Origin: an uncultured SAR86 cluster bacterium
GTDB taxonomy: Bacteria; Pseudomonadota; Gammaproteobacteria; Magnimaribacterales; D2472
Assembly (NCBI GenBank): GCA_902511425.1
Contig: CABXFE010000001.1
Location: forward strand, 18,476-82,475
Length of the DNA stretch: 64,000 nucleotides
Direction: 5' to 3'
The position numbers were made by a program, and so were the translations under genes. Numbering within the stretch: position 1 is the stretch's first letter; each line of letters begins with the position of its first letter. Shown in pieces: positions 39,326-49,114 of the stretch. The notes below the pieces were generated by a model, which saw only the letters and a list, made by a program, of their open reading frames with translations, was not told the DNA's origin and made no database searches.

Positions 39326-39808
39326 ATGAATGATAAATCTTACAGAAAAAATGTTGGCTTAATTGTCTTAGATCAAAATAATCAATTGTTAATCTGCAGA
39401 AGAAAAGGGAAAAAAACTTGGCAATTCCCTCAAGGTGGAATTGACTCTGGTGAATCTCAGATCCAAGCTGCATACCGAGAATTATTTGAAGAGGTAGGCA
39501 TCAAGAAAAAGCAAGTTAAGGTAGTACAAAAGAGCAATCATTGGTATTACTATGACTTACCTGAGAAATATCAACCAAGACCAAAAAGTTTAAAAAATTT
39601 TAAAGGCCAGATTCAAAAATGGTATATGTTTAAAGCGAGCGCAGCACTAGAAATAAACCTCCTAAATGAAATACCTCAAGAATTTGTGGAATACAAATGG
39701 TCCACCTATTGGCATTCTTTAGCCAGCGTTGTTCCATTTAAAAGAGATGTTTATAGAAGCGTTTTATCTGAGTTCCTGCCCAAATATATCCAACTGCACA
39801 ATGATTGA
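39326..39808 (+). CDS. rppH: RNA pyrophosphohydrolase
   Basis: YRKNVG N-terminus and Nudix box GG....GES...AA.REL.EE.G. Confidence 0.88.
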   Translation: MNDKSYRKNVGLIVLDQNNQLLICRRKGKKTWQFPQGGIDSGESQIQAAYRELFEEVGIKKKQVKVVQKSNHWYYYDLPEKYQPRPKSLKNFKGQIQKWYMFKASAALEINLLNEIPQEFVEYKWSTYWHSLASVVPFKRDVYRSVLSEFLPKYIQLHND

Positions 39809-40607
39809 AATTTTAATCTATCTTTTGCTTGGAGCATGCACGGGCTTACTTGCCGGTATGTTTGGAATTGGTGGGGGTAGCATATTGGTCCCATCACTTA
39901 TTTTTATTTTTTATGGTATGGATTTTGATAGTTCCATTGTCGTGCTCATGGCTATAGGTACATCATTGGCAAGTATACTTTTTTCTGCAATTTCTTCTGC
40001 CCTCTCTCATCATTATAAAAAAAGTGTAGAGTGGTCATTAGTTACACCCTTATCAATGGGTATGATTTTGGGCGCATTAGTTGGAGCTGGATATGCAGCA
40101 ACTCTTTCAAACAATAATTTGAAATGGATTATTACAATTTTTTTGATTGTTATTGGTATAGAAATGATTTCAGGTTTTACGCAAACTCTTGCGAAAAAAG
40201 ACAAAGGTATGATCTCGTTAGCTAAACCTTTTGTTCCATTGCATGGATCCTGGATAGGATTTTTATCTTCAATCATTGGTATAGGAGGCGGCTCATTTAC
40301 AACTCCGTTAATGATTGCTGGAGGCTATAATATTCGAAAAGGAATTGGAACTGCAGCAGCTTGTGGAGTTCCAATTGCTGCAGCTGGAGCAATTGGATAT
40401 ATGTATTATGGACAAACGGCTGATTCAAGACTGCCCATAGGAGCTGTTGGGTATGTTTTTTTGCCAGCTGTTATCTCTATTTCATTGGCCAGTATTTTTA
40501 CAGCCAAGCTTGGAGCTAATATCAGTCACTCTATTTCTGAAAAGGCTTTGAAAACCTCCTTTGGAGTATTTTTAATTTTGGTAGGAATTATGGTGGTAGT
40601 TAATTGA
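39801..40607 (+). CDS. TauE/SafE family sulfite/anion exporter-like membrane protein
   Basis: 268 aa with two GIGGG-containing repeats. Start at ATG 39801 overlaps the rppH stop (ATGATTGA). Confidence 0.7.
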   Translation: MIEILIYLLLGACTGLLAGMFGIGGGSILVPSLIFIFYGMDFDSSIVVLMAIGTSLASILFSAISSALSHHYKKSVEWSLVTPLSMGMILGALVGAGYAATLSNNNLKWIITIFLIVIGIEMISGFTQTLAKKDKGMISLAKPFVPLHGSWIGFLSSIIGIGGGSFTTPLMIAGGYNIRKGIGTAAACGVPIAAAGAIGYMYYGQTADSRLPIGAVGYVFLPAVISISLASIFTAKLGANISHSISEKALKTSFGVFLILVGIMVVVN

Positions 40608-41410
40608 TTATTGAGCTTTCAGATTTTTTTAATAATCCCAGCTTAATTGAAATTGGCTGGCTACGAATTCAATATTACGCTGTGACGTGGGTCCTGTCAG
40701 CTATTTTTATTTTTCAATATCTTAAAAGCCATCGCATCATTAGAGAATTACAACTAACTACTGAGCAGGTAAATGACATCGTATTTTTATATGGATTAAT
40801 ATTCGGTGCCATGCTTGGCGGTAGGTTTGGATACATGTTTTTTTATGGCTTAGATCAATTGGCATCCAATCCACTAAGTTTATTTTTTATTTGGGAAGGT
40901 GGTTTAAGTTTCCATGGTGGTTTAATTGGAGTCATTGTCAGTTTATATTTCTACTCCTATCAACATAAAATTTCTTTTCTCAGGCTTGCTGATTCTATTT
41001 GCGCAGCTATGCCTATTGGGCTTGGTTTGGTAAGAATAGGAAACTTTTTAAATGGAGAGCTCTATGGCAGACCCACTGATGGAAACTGGGGGTTTATTTT
41101 CCCAACAGATCCATACGGCTTTACTAGACACCCGTCTCAACTGTATGAGGCAGTTTTTGAAGGCTTAGTCCTCTTTATGTTGCTCATTTTTATTAGCGCT
41201 AAAAATAATAAACATGGTGTTATAAGCGGAAGTTTCTTATTGGCCTATGGGTTGATTAGATTTTTTATTGAGTACTTTAGACAGCCAGATTCTCACATGG
41301 GTTTTGTTGCATTACAATTAAGTATGGGTCAACTTCTTAGCATCCCCATGGTTATAATTGGACTCATATTACTAACAAAATCATTAAGACAAAATGAAAC
41401 AGTATCTTGA
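40604..41410 (+). CDS. lgt: prolipoprotein diacylglyceryl transferase
   Basis: Lgt motifs (IQYYAV, GGRFGY, GLSFHGGLIG, GR.GNF.NGEL.G, HPSQLYE). TTG start. Confidence 0.9.
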   Translation: MIIELSDFFNNPSLIEIGWLRIQYYAVTWVLSAIFIFQYLKSHRIIRELQLTTEQVNDIVFLYGLIFGAMLGGRFGYMFFYGLDQLASNPLSLFFIWEGGLSFHGGLIGVIVSLYFYSYQHKISFLRLADSICAAMPIGLGLVRIGNFLNGELYGRPTDGNWGFIFPTDPYGFTRHPSQLYEAVFEGLVLFMLLIFISAKNNKHGVISGSFLLAYGLIRFFIEYFRQPDSHMGFVALQLSMGQLLSIPMVIIGLILLTKSLRQNETVS

Positions 41411-42260
41411 GCTTTTAGACTATATTTTGCAACACGGCGAGGACCGTGGAGATAGGACTGGAACGGGTGTCATTTCCTCTTTTGGTCATCAGATTCGATT
41501 TAATCTTGAAGATGGCTTTCCCGCAGTTACAACTAAATCACTTGCATGGAAAGGAGTCGTATCAGAGCTACTGTGGTTTTTAGAGGGGTCTGATGATGAG
41601 CGCAGACTCGCCGAGATAAGATTTCAAAAAGACAGATCAGAGCTAACAGATTTAAGTAAATTCTCAACAATCTGGACAGATAATGCTGACAATCAGGGCA
41701 TTGAACTTGGCTATGAAAATACTGAAACTATTAAGAAACTAGGCCCAGTCTATGGAGTTCAATGGAGAGACTGGGGAGGCATTGATCAAATAAAAAAACT
41801 TATTAATGACCTGCAAGCTAACCCTAACGGACGAAGGCATATTTTAAGCGCATGGAATGTTGAAAAAATTCATTATATGGCTCTACCTCCCTGCCATGTT
41901 ATGTCTCAATTCTATGTTTCAAAAAGTGGCAGACTTTCATGTCAAATGTACCAAAGAAGCGCAGACATGTTTTTAGGCGTGCCCTTTAATATCGCAAGCT
42001 ATGCTTTGCTTCAGTCTATTTTAGCGAATATCTTAAACCTAATACCAGGTGAATTTGTGCATACATTTGGAGATGCTCACATATACAATAATAGTATCGA
42101 GCAGGTTAAAGAGCAGCTGAATAGAAAACCTAAAAAACTTCCAAAATTAATTATGCCGAATCTTGATTCAATAGAAGCGCTTAATGACTATTCTGTTGAC
42201 GACTTTGTACTAGAGGGATATGAGTCTCATCCTGCTTTAAAAGCTCCAATGGCTATATAG
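41394..42260 (+). CDS. thyA: thymidylate synthase
   Basis: MKQYLELL..IL..G..R.DRTGTG and the active-site LPPCH. Confidence 0.95.
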   Translation: MKQYLELLDYILQHGEDRGDRTGTGVISSFGHQIRFNLEDGFPAVTTKSLAWKGVVSELLWFLEGSDDERRLAEIRFQKDRSELTDLSKFSTIWTDNADNQGIELGYENTETIKKLGPVYGVQWRDWGGIDQIKKLINDLQANPNGRRHILSAWNVEKIHYMALPPCHVMSQFYVSKSGRLSCQMYQRSADMFLGVPFNIASYALLQSILANILNLIPGEFVHTFGDAHIYNNSIEQVKEQLNRKPKKLPKLIMPNLDSIEALNDYSVDDFVLEGYESHPALKAPMAI

Positions 42261-42264
42261 ATTA

Positions 42265-42768
42265 ATGATTATTTCTCATTTAGTTGCCCTCTCTAATAAT
42301 TTTGTTATAGGTGTAAACAATGATCTCCCTTGGAAATTAAAAAAAGATCTTCAGCATTTCAGTGCTTACACCCAAAATAAAGCAATTGTCATGGGAAGAA
42401 AGACTTTTGAATCAATTGGAAGACCACTGCCGAACAGGAAGAATATAGTTATCTCCACTACATTGAATGCTCAAGAAGGTATAGACATAGTATCCTCTCT
42501 AGATCAAGGAATTGAGGTTGCTGATCAGTGGAATAAACTTAATACAGAGTCCGAGGAAGTGGTACTAATTGGTGGCGGATATGTTTTTGAAGAAAGCAAA
42601 AATATAGTCAATAAACTAGTTTTGACAAGAGTCAATTGTGAAATTGATGGAGACGTATATTATCCTAAAATAGATTTAAGCAGCTGGGAAAAAGTCTCAA
42701 CAGAATCTTTCAAGCATGATGGTGAAAATGAATATGATTTCAGTGTTGAAATTTTTGTAAAAAATTAG
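42265..42768 (+). CDS. folA: dihydrofolate reductase
   Basis: LPW, VMGRKTFESIGRPLPNR.N and GGG motifs; 167 aa. Confidence 0.9.
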   Translation: MIISHLVALSNNFVIGVNNDLPWKLKKDLQHFSAYTQNKAIVMGRKTFESIGRPLPNRKNIVISTTLNAQEGIDIVSSLDQGIEVADQWNKLNTESEEVVLIGGGYVFEESKNIVNKLVLTRVNCEIDGDVYYPKIDLSSWEKVSTESFKHDGENEYDFSVEIFVKN

Positions 42769-44273
42769 GAGTTCTTAGCTTTTGATTTAGCCTTGGATTG
42801 CTGAATAAAATCTCTTCTCAAAGCTAAATTCTTTACTCGAATCTCTTCATTTTCTGCATATTTGATCCAAGAGTTTGCTGTCTTCTTAATTCTTTTGTTT
42901 TTATCTCTTGCAGCTGCTCTAAATTGTTTTTTGGCCTCTTCAAAATTTTGGAGCTCAAAATAAGCTTGTCCTAAAACCAATAATGCCTGTGAGCGACTTT
43001 TAACTTTAGGTTTTGCTAGTCCATTTTTGATAGCACGAATTGAATCTTCCATTCGATCTTCAAAGAGATATAGGTTACCTAATAGGACATATGTATCTCC
43101 GTCTTTAGACATCTTGGCTGCTTTTTCTAATACTGGGATGGCCATATCAATTTCTTGCGCCATTCTCCAAGCATCTGCTAGAAGCTTTAAAGTCTTCTCT
43201 TTATCTTTTAAGACTGCAACAGTCTCTTCCTCTCCCGTATCCTCATCTGTAATGGTCACTTTTTTCTGTTGGCCAGCAACTAAAACTTGGGCAGCCCAGT
43301 ATGGATTTTTTTTCAGCAATAACATTTGAGCAAGAGCGAGGTACTCACTCTCTTTGTCTAAGAAGTCTTTATCATAGGCTGCTTTGAGAGTAAGCATATA
43401 GTCTTCTTCTCTATCCATTTGTTGATATGTGTAGCCTAATTGAAGAAAGTACTGCTTCTTAGGATAATAATTGACTAGAATTTCATAGATACCCACTTGT
43501 TGCTCTAATGCATACTCCGGACCTATGACTTTCCTATCTTTTAGCTCACTAAAGCAGGCTGCCAGTAATACATACCAGTTTTCTTTGGGTCTATATCCCT
43601 CTTCTTCAGCCAGCCGAATGGCTTCTTCCATATTTGTTCTAGCTCTTACAAAATCTTCTTTTTGAAAATAGGCAGAAGAAAGTAAATAGTAAGATTGAGC
43701 AGTGATTTTTTCAACTTCATCCATCCATTGCAGGATTAAACTGATACCTTTATCCCATCTTTCTTTAACTAGATTTAATTGAGCTAACGTTAGCAATGAA
43801 GCTGTCCTTAGGGGAATGGTTGCTTCAGGCTCGTTCAATAATTGCTCGTATGCATACATAGCCTGATCATAATCTTCTTCACTGAAATAAATGTATCCCC
43901 AATAATTCCACATTACAGAACGATCATAACTTTTCATTTCAGCCCTATTATTTAAGAGCTCAGTTAATATTGATCTTGCAGTTGCCCAGTCTGGATCATC
44001 TTCTTCCTTTTCAATGAACATGCCCTCGTTTTCTGGATCGGGAACTCTAACGGTCTTCTGTCTCTCTAAGGCTTCAACCACTTTAACAACTTTCTTGGCA
44101 GTTGAAGACTGTAAAACTCTAGCTTTTTTATATGATCTGGAAGATTTACCAGCTTTTTGTTGCCTTTTGTCACTTCGATCTACTTCTTGTTGCGCAACTA
44201 GATCAACGGATACAGAGAAATTTATTGCAACGAATGACAAAGATAAGAAAGAATATAAAAAAAGCTTTTTCAT
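42765..44273 (-). CDS. ttpD: TPR-repeat protein of the TonB2 module (TtpD-like)
   Basis: Signal peptide plus multiple TPR-like helices. Last gene of the ttpB-ttpC-exbB-exbD-tonB cluster. Confidence 0.6.
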   Translation of the reverse strand: MKKLFLYSFLSLSFVAINFSVSVDLVAQQEVDRSDKRQQKAGKSSRSYKKARVLQSSTAKKVVKVVEALERQKTVRVPDPENEGMFIEKEEDDPDWATARSILTELLNNRAEMKSYDRSVMWNYWGYIYFSEEDYDQAMYAYEQLLNEPEATIPLRTASLLTLAQLNLVKERWDKGISLILQWMDEVEKITAQSYYLLSSAYFQKEDFVRARTNMEEAIRLAEEEGYRPKENWYVLLAACFSELKDRKVIGPEYALEQQVGIYEILVNYYPKKQYFLQLGYTYQQMDREEDYMLTLKAAYDKDFLDKESEYLALAQMLLLKKNPYWAAQVLVAGQQKKVTITDEDTGEEETVAVLKDKEKTLKLLADAWRMAQEIDMAIPVLEKAAKMSKDGDTYVLLGNLYLFEDRMEDSIRAIKNGLAKPKVKSRSQALLVLGQAYFELQNFEEAKKQFRAAARDKNKRIKKTANSWIKYAENEEIRVKNLALRRDFIQQSKAKSKAKNS

Positions 44274-44276
44274 TAA

Positions 44277-44993
44277 TTAACTCTCCTCGAGGATAAAAGT
44301 AAATTTATGAGGAACATCATCAACCCTTACAGCATTTCCATCAACAATTTTAGGTTTATATTTAAGCTTTAATGCTGCCCTAGAAGCTGCTGAATTGAAA
44401 ATAGAGCAAGTTCTGAAAACAGTTTCAGGATTAGTGGGATCACCGCACATGCCCTCTAGAGGCACAGCATTCTCAACAGTTCCAGTTTCTGTAATAGTAA
44501 ACGCTACAACTGCGTATCCCATGATCCCTCTTTCTTGAGCTCTTCTGGGATATATAGGTGTAACTTTAAATAATGGGATATATTCTCCATCTCGGAAAAA
44601 GGACCCTCCTCCAGCAAAATTTGCCTTTGGTTTTGGAACACTAACATCTACACCTGCTAAAGGAGCAAGATCTAGTTCTGGTTGAGCAATATCTTCTGGC
44701 TGTTCATCCGGTTCTTCCGGTTTTTCTACGTTATCAAAAAGAGTATCAATATCTCTATCAGGCATGATGACATCGCCTAATTTTCTTGAATTATCTTCAG
44801 GCAAACTATTATCTCCAAGGTTTATCAATGCGACCATTAAAAAGAATAAACCAAGAGTTATAAAAGCTGCAAAGCCTGAACCGGCTAGGTATTTATTGTA
44901 ATTAAAAGCTTTGTAATATAGAGCTGCTAATGGGCCAAATACCTTAGATATGGTTTGGTAAAAAGTATCTAAACTGTTATTAGCAGTATTCAA
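44277..44993 (-). CDS. tonB: energy transducer TonB
   Basis: N-terminal TM anchor, acidic/Pro-rich linker (EKPEEPDEQPEDIAQPE), and a TonB C-terminal domain (YP..A...G..G.V...F.I...G). Confidence 0.85.
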   Translation of the reverse strand: MNTANNSLDTFYQTISKVFGPLAALYYKAFNYNKYLAGSGFAAFITLGLFFLMVALINLGDNSLPEDNSRKLGDVIMPDRDIDTLFDNVEKPEEPDEQPEDIAQPELDLAPLAGVDVSVPKPKANFAGGGSFFRDGEYIPLFKVTPIYPRRAQERGIMGYAVVAFTITETGTVENAVPLEGMCGDPTNPETVFRTCSIFNSAASRAALKLKYKPKIVDGNAVRVDDVPHKFTFILEES

Positions 44994-45002
44994 TTTATCC
45001 CT

Positions 45003-45413
45003 CTATTTTGGCTCAGAGGCAAGAGAAATATTATAAACGCCTGCTTCTCTTGAACCATCCATAACTTTAATAATTGTATCAGCCATTGCTTTTTCATCAG
45101 CTTGTATCACCACGGATCCCTGGGGATTGTCAGCAAGAAGTTTTACAACGTTAGCTTTAACTTGTCTTGCATCAATCCTTCTGCCATCCATCCATATTTC
45201 TCCAGAAGCCCCAATTGCAATTAAAATTGCTGCATTTTCCTGTGTTTCGGATGTGTCAGATTCTGGTCTGTTAATTTCAAGACCAGGTTCTTTGATAAAG
45301 TTAGCTGTCACAATAAAGAAGATGAGCATGATGAAAACAACATCAAGCATCGGTGTCATATTAATCTCTGCTTCTTCTTCCTGCACTGCACTTGATATAG
45401 CGTTTCTTCTCAC
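45003..45413 (-). CDS. exbD: biopolymer transport protein ExbD
   Basis: 136 aa. The INMTPMLDVVFIMLIFF motif is typical of ExbD/TolR. Confidence 0.9.
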   Translation of the reverse strand: MRRNAISSAVQEEEAEINMTPMLDVVFIMLIFFIVTANFIKEPGLEINRPESDTSETQENAAILIAIGASGEIWMDGRRIDARQVKANVVKLLADNPQGSVVIQADEKAMADTIIKVMDGSREAGVYNISLASEPK

Positions 45414-45429
45414 AATATTCTCCTATTAC

Positions 45430-45954
45430 CTAATTTTTGATTGTCTCTTTAATTAATGTTTCTTCTCTGTTCCTTGCTGCATTTAAATATATAGTAGCAA
45501 ATACGCCTGAAAGAGCTGTAGTCATTCCAGCCATAGTTGGCAAGGTTGCTTTTGAAACTCCTCCAGCCATTGATCTGGCGTCTCCGCCTCCGGTGAAAGC
45601 CATTACTTGGAAAACCTCAATCATACCGGTCACCGTTCCTAAGAGTCCAAACAATGGTGCTAAAGCAACACAAGTATTTATTAATGATAAATGTCTATTA
45701 ACTTCAGTCCTTGCTTGAGAAATTAATTTTTCTTTAATTGCGCCACCTTTCCAAGACGTATGATCCACAACTGCGTCCCACTCGGATTTTAGCTCGCTCA
45801 TATATAGTTTATGACCAGCATTAAAATACCAAATTCTTTCTAGGATAATTGCCCACATAAAGGCAGCAAGAATTGCAATCAACCAAAGAACACTACCCCC
45901 AGCAGACATAAAGTCTCTGAGAGTATTGAAAGCTTCAGTGATTGCGTAAAACAT
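45430..45954 (-). CDS. exbB: MotA/TolQ/ExbB proton channel protein (short ExbB)
   Basis: 174 aa with 3 TM helices. Contains LGLLGTVTGMI and a C-terminal helix. Confidence 0.88.
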   Translation of the reverse strand: MFYAITEAFNTLRDFMSAGGSVLWLIAILAAFMWAIILERIWYFNAGHKLYMSELKSEWDAVVDHTSWKGGAIKEKLISQARTEVNRHLSLINTCVALAPLFGLLGTVTGMIEVFQVMAFTGGGDARSMAGGVSKATLPTMAGMTTALSGVFATIYLNAARNREETLIKETIKN

Positions 45955-45961
45955 TAACTAA

Positions 45962-47344
45962 TTACTTTGAGTCTGAATGTTCTGCTACTATTCCTGTGCT
46001 TTGTTCTTCTAGAACATTAATAATTCCTCTTGCAGATGAATTAGCAAAAGAGTGTAAAAGCGTTGTTGGAATAGCTACTACTAGCCCTAGAACAGTAGTC
46101 ACAAGAGCTTGAGAAATACCTCCAGCCATAATCTTAGGATCCCCAGTTCCAAATAGTGTTATCTGCTGGAAAGTAACGATCATACCTGTGACCGTTCCTA
46201 ATAAACCAGCCAGAGGAGCAACAACTGAAATAATTTTTACGACTGGAATACCTCTTTCAATAGCAGGTCTTTCAGCCATAATTGCTTCAGCAAGTCTTAG
46301 CTCTAATGTTTCAATGTCTTTATTCATGTGCTCTTCACCAACGGCGAGAACTCTTCCTAATGGATTAGATTTGTCATGAGTTTTTGATTTGGCTTGTTTA
46401 GCAACGGCAACACCCATTGTATATAAGGTGAATAACTTCCAAAAAGCAATCGCTATACCAATCAAACCTACAAATATAATAATGTAGCCAACTTCTCTAC
46501 CCTGGTTAACTCTTTCCATCAAACTAGGATTTTGAATTAGGTTAGCAAGCAAGCTGCCGCCAACTGGACCAGTTGGATCCACGCCAAACTTAATTACTTC
46601 TCCAACATCTGCATTAGAAAGTTTTTTAGCTGAGCTGACATAACGGCCTTCTGGTTGCTTTCCTAAAAAAGCATATTGACCCTTACTGCCAATATATTCT
46701 AAGTATTTACCATCACAGATAGCGTTATAAAGACCGACTCTTGTTACTACACAATTTTCTGACTCACCATCAAGGTTAATAACGTTCGCATTAAAAGAAA
46801 CAACTTCAGACCCTGCAACCATCTCTCTTTGAAGTTCATACCAAAGACCTTCAAGCTCTCTGATAGTTGGAAGCTCTGTAGCGCTGGACATCTTTGCAGA
46901 AAGATCGTTTAAAAATGTCTCTCTTTCTCTTCCATATTGTGCAGAAGTCAAAGAATCAGCAAATAAAGCGCTTGCTTCTCCTGCAGAACTTTGAAGATGA
47001 CCAAAAAGTTCGACTAATGAACCTAGCTCTTTCTTGTATGCGGCTTCTTTAACAACCAAAATTGCATCGTTTTTCTTATATTCTGCTTCTAATTGGTCGG
47101 CAATTTTTTCTTGCCTAGCTAGCTCTCTTTTTTCAGCAGCTAGTTTGGCTGCTTGCTTATTTTTGTCTGCAAGAAAATCTGCTTCCCTTTTAGCGTTAAC
47201 ACCTTGCTCAGTTGTTCTGCCTTGCTCAACAAGCTGCAGCAAACCCTGAATAGTAGTAGGCTCTCCTTCTGCTGCATCCTGTGCAAAAGTTGAAACAGAT
47301 AGAATTAAAGCAAAAGATAAAATGTATTTGTTTAAAATTTTCAT
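45962..47344 (-). CDS. ttpC: large MotA/TolQ/ExbB family protein with a long periplasmic N-domain (TtpC-like)
   Basis: 460 aa. Signal peptide, coiled-coil N-half, and a C-terminal ExbB core (AGLLGTVTGMI). Confidence 0.75.
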   Translation of the reverse strand: MKILNKYILSFALILSVSTFAQDAAEGEPTTIQGLLQLVEQGRTTEQGVNAKREADFLADKNKQAAKLAAEKRELARQEKIADQLEAEYKKNDAILVVKEAAYKKELGSLVELFGHLQSSAGEASALFADSLTSAQYGRERETFLNDLSAKMSSATELPTIRELEGLWYELQREMVAGSEVVSFNANVINLDGESENCVVTRVGLYNAICDGKYLEYIGSKGQYAFLGKQPEGRYVSSAKKLSNADVGEVIKFGVDPTGPVGGSLLANLIQNPSLMERVNQGREVGYIIIFVGLIGIAIAFWKLFTLYTMGVAVAKQAKSKTHDKSNPLGRVLAVGEEHMNKDIETLELRLAEAIMAERPAIERGIPVVKIISVVAPLAGLLGTVTGMIVTFQQITLFGTGDPKIMAGGISQALVTTVLGLVVAIPTTLLHSFANSSARGIINVLEEQSTGIVAEHSDSK

Positions 47345-48093
47345 GATGCATCTCCTCTGTAGACAACCGGTAGCATCATAATATCCATTGGTGCTAGTTT
47401 TTGGGCCATTCTAATTCCATCTCTAACAGTCACCCTATAACTTCCAGGTAACTCTTCCCAGGTACCAGTTTCATTATCATAATATCCAGTTTTTCTTTCA
47501 TCCTTGGATTGAAAGAACATACCAAGCCTTCCAACTCTTAGGATATTTACAACAACCTCTTGTCCTTCCAAAACAATAGTCTCATCATAAGCATCGAGTT
47601 TTCTGCCGTACTCAGCTTCAATATTGTAAGCTTCTAAAATTTGTCGAACTTGCTCAGATGCAGTTACTTTTGGATTTGAAAGTGAGGCCCTCACAAGGTC
47701 TAATCTTTGTTTTCTTTCTTCTATGTGAAATGGCGTATCAAGATTGACGTACTTCTCTAGACCCTCAAGCATTCTTTGGGCTAAAGGCGGGATCTGTCTT
47801 TGCATGACAACAACCTGGACAAGCTGTTCATCATACTGATCCATAAGATCAAGCTGAGCTTGGATTTGAATTCGTTTTTGAGCATTGTAAAGCTTTAGGC
47901 CTTCAACTTGTTTAGAAACAACTTTGAATTCATTCACCAACTTATCAGTTGCTGATTCAGTTGCATCAATTTTTGATTGAGATTGAGCAGAAAGCTCGGT
48001 GTTATCCCTTCCAACTTCTAATACTAGTTCCATTTCTGAAGCCGCTACAAACGTAGTCAGCATAGTAAGAACTACTAGGCTTTTCTTATACAT
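47341..48093 (-). CDS. ttpB: DUF3450 family periplasmic coiled-coil protein (TtpB-like)
   Basis: Signal peptide and coiled coil. First gene of the module, with an ATGA overlap onto ttpC. Confidence 0.6.
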   Translation of the reverse strand: MYKKSLVVLTMLTTFVAASEMELVLEVGRDNTELSAQSQSKIDATESATDKLVNEFKVVSKQVEGLKLYNAQKRIQIQAQLDLMDQYDEQLVQVVVMQRQIPPLAQRMLEGLEKYVNLDTPFHIEERKQRLDLVRASLSNPKVTASEQVRQILEAYNIEAEYGRKLDAYDETIVLEGQEVVVNILRVGRLGMFFQSKDERKTGYYDNETGTWEELPGSYRVTVRDGIRMAQKLAPMDIMMLPVVYRGDAS

Positions 48094-48238
48094 TTTTTTC
48101 TCCCTAGGAAAAATGGTTCACTAGTCTAACAGCGTAGTGAAATTATTCAAACTTTTTCAATGGTGAAATTGTACCTAATTTTGTGCAAAATCACCTCACA
48201 ATGTAGCAAATAAAATTTAACTATATTATTAATAATTG

Positions 48239-49114
48239 TTAAGAAAATATTTTTGGTATGAGCCTTGGAGTGTTCTTTTTATAACTATTGTATTCATCAA
48301 GATGTCCCCACTTCTTATGACCCCTAAATTCGAGCATTCTTACCCCACTTACGTAGACAAGAAGAAGGTATGAAAAAATAGGTGAGAAAATTGCTAAATA
48401 GTTCATGCCCTCAAATGTGGATATTCCCATAACGGTAATACCGGTCCATAAGGTGATTTCGCCAAAATAATTTGGGTGTCTTGATCTGGCCCACAGCCCT
48501 TCGTTTATAAATTGATCTTTATTCTCTGGAATTGATCTAAATTTAGTTTTTTGATTATCAGCTATTACTTCGACCGCAAAGCCTAGAACAAACAATGCAA
48601 GTCCCAGAAAAAATACACTATTTATGACAACACCCGTTGGGCTAGCAATCGCAACCAGGGCTGCCGATGAACATATAAATACCCACATGCCTTGCAATGT
48701 CCATGTCATGAAAAATTGAGAAAAGGAAGTTTTAATGGAATCAAACCTTCCGTCTTTTTTATCTTTATAAATTCTTATAAACAGAAATGAGCCAAGCCTT
48801 ACTGCCCATATAATAATAGCTGCTCCGATGATTAGACTACCAAGGTCAAGGTTTTGAGAAGTATTAGTTGTATATAAGGCAAACGAAATAGCAGTTATAT
48901 AAGTAAGGCTGCCGGTTAAATCATAAAATTTTTCGGTCTTAAATATAAAAGCTGGTATATATGCAATCCATTGGATAACGAAGACCATAACCAAGAGGTG
49001 GCCCACCAAATTCACTCCAGACATCTCAATGCTATTAAATGAGATTGCATCTGCATAAAGCTTTGTGAAGATAAAAACTCCAGCGGCGATAGCTAAATTA
49101 GTTAAATGTTTCAT
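48239..49114 (-). CDS. DUF1295 / steroid 5-alpha-reductase-ICMT-like membrane protein
   Basis: Polytopic, with C-terminal GLWARSRHPNYFGEITLWTG. ATG 49114 forms an ATGA overlap with the upstream peptidase stop. Confidence 0.6.
   Translation of the reverse strand: MKHLTNLAIAAGVFIFTKLYADAISFNSIEMSGVNLVGHLLVMVFVIQWIAYIPAFIFKTEKFYDLTGSLTYITAISFALYTTNTSQNLDLGSLIIGAAIIIWAVRLGSFLFIRIYKDKKDGRFDSIKTSFSQFFMTWTLQGMWVFICSSAALVAIASPTGVVINSVFFLGLALFVLGFAVEVIADNQKTKFRSIPENKDQFINEGLWARSRHPNYFGEITLWTGITVMGISTFEGMNYLAIFSPIFSYLLLVYVSGVRMLEFRGHKKWGHLDEYNSYKKNTPRLIPKIFS

Noticed and set aside
48094-48238. Fur box upstream of the TonB2 module
   Set aside because: The best candidates (for example TATATTATTAATAATTGTT, about 12/19 to consensus) are no better than expected in this AT-rich DNA, and they lack a dyad like the fbpA site.
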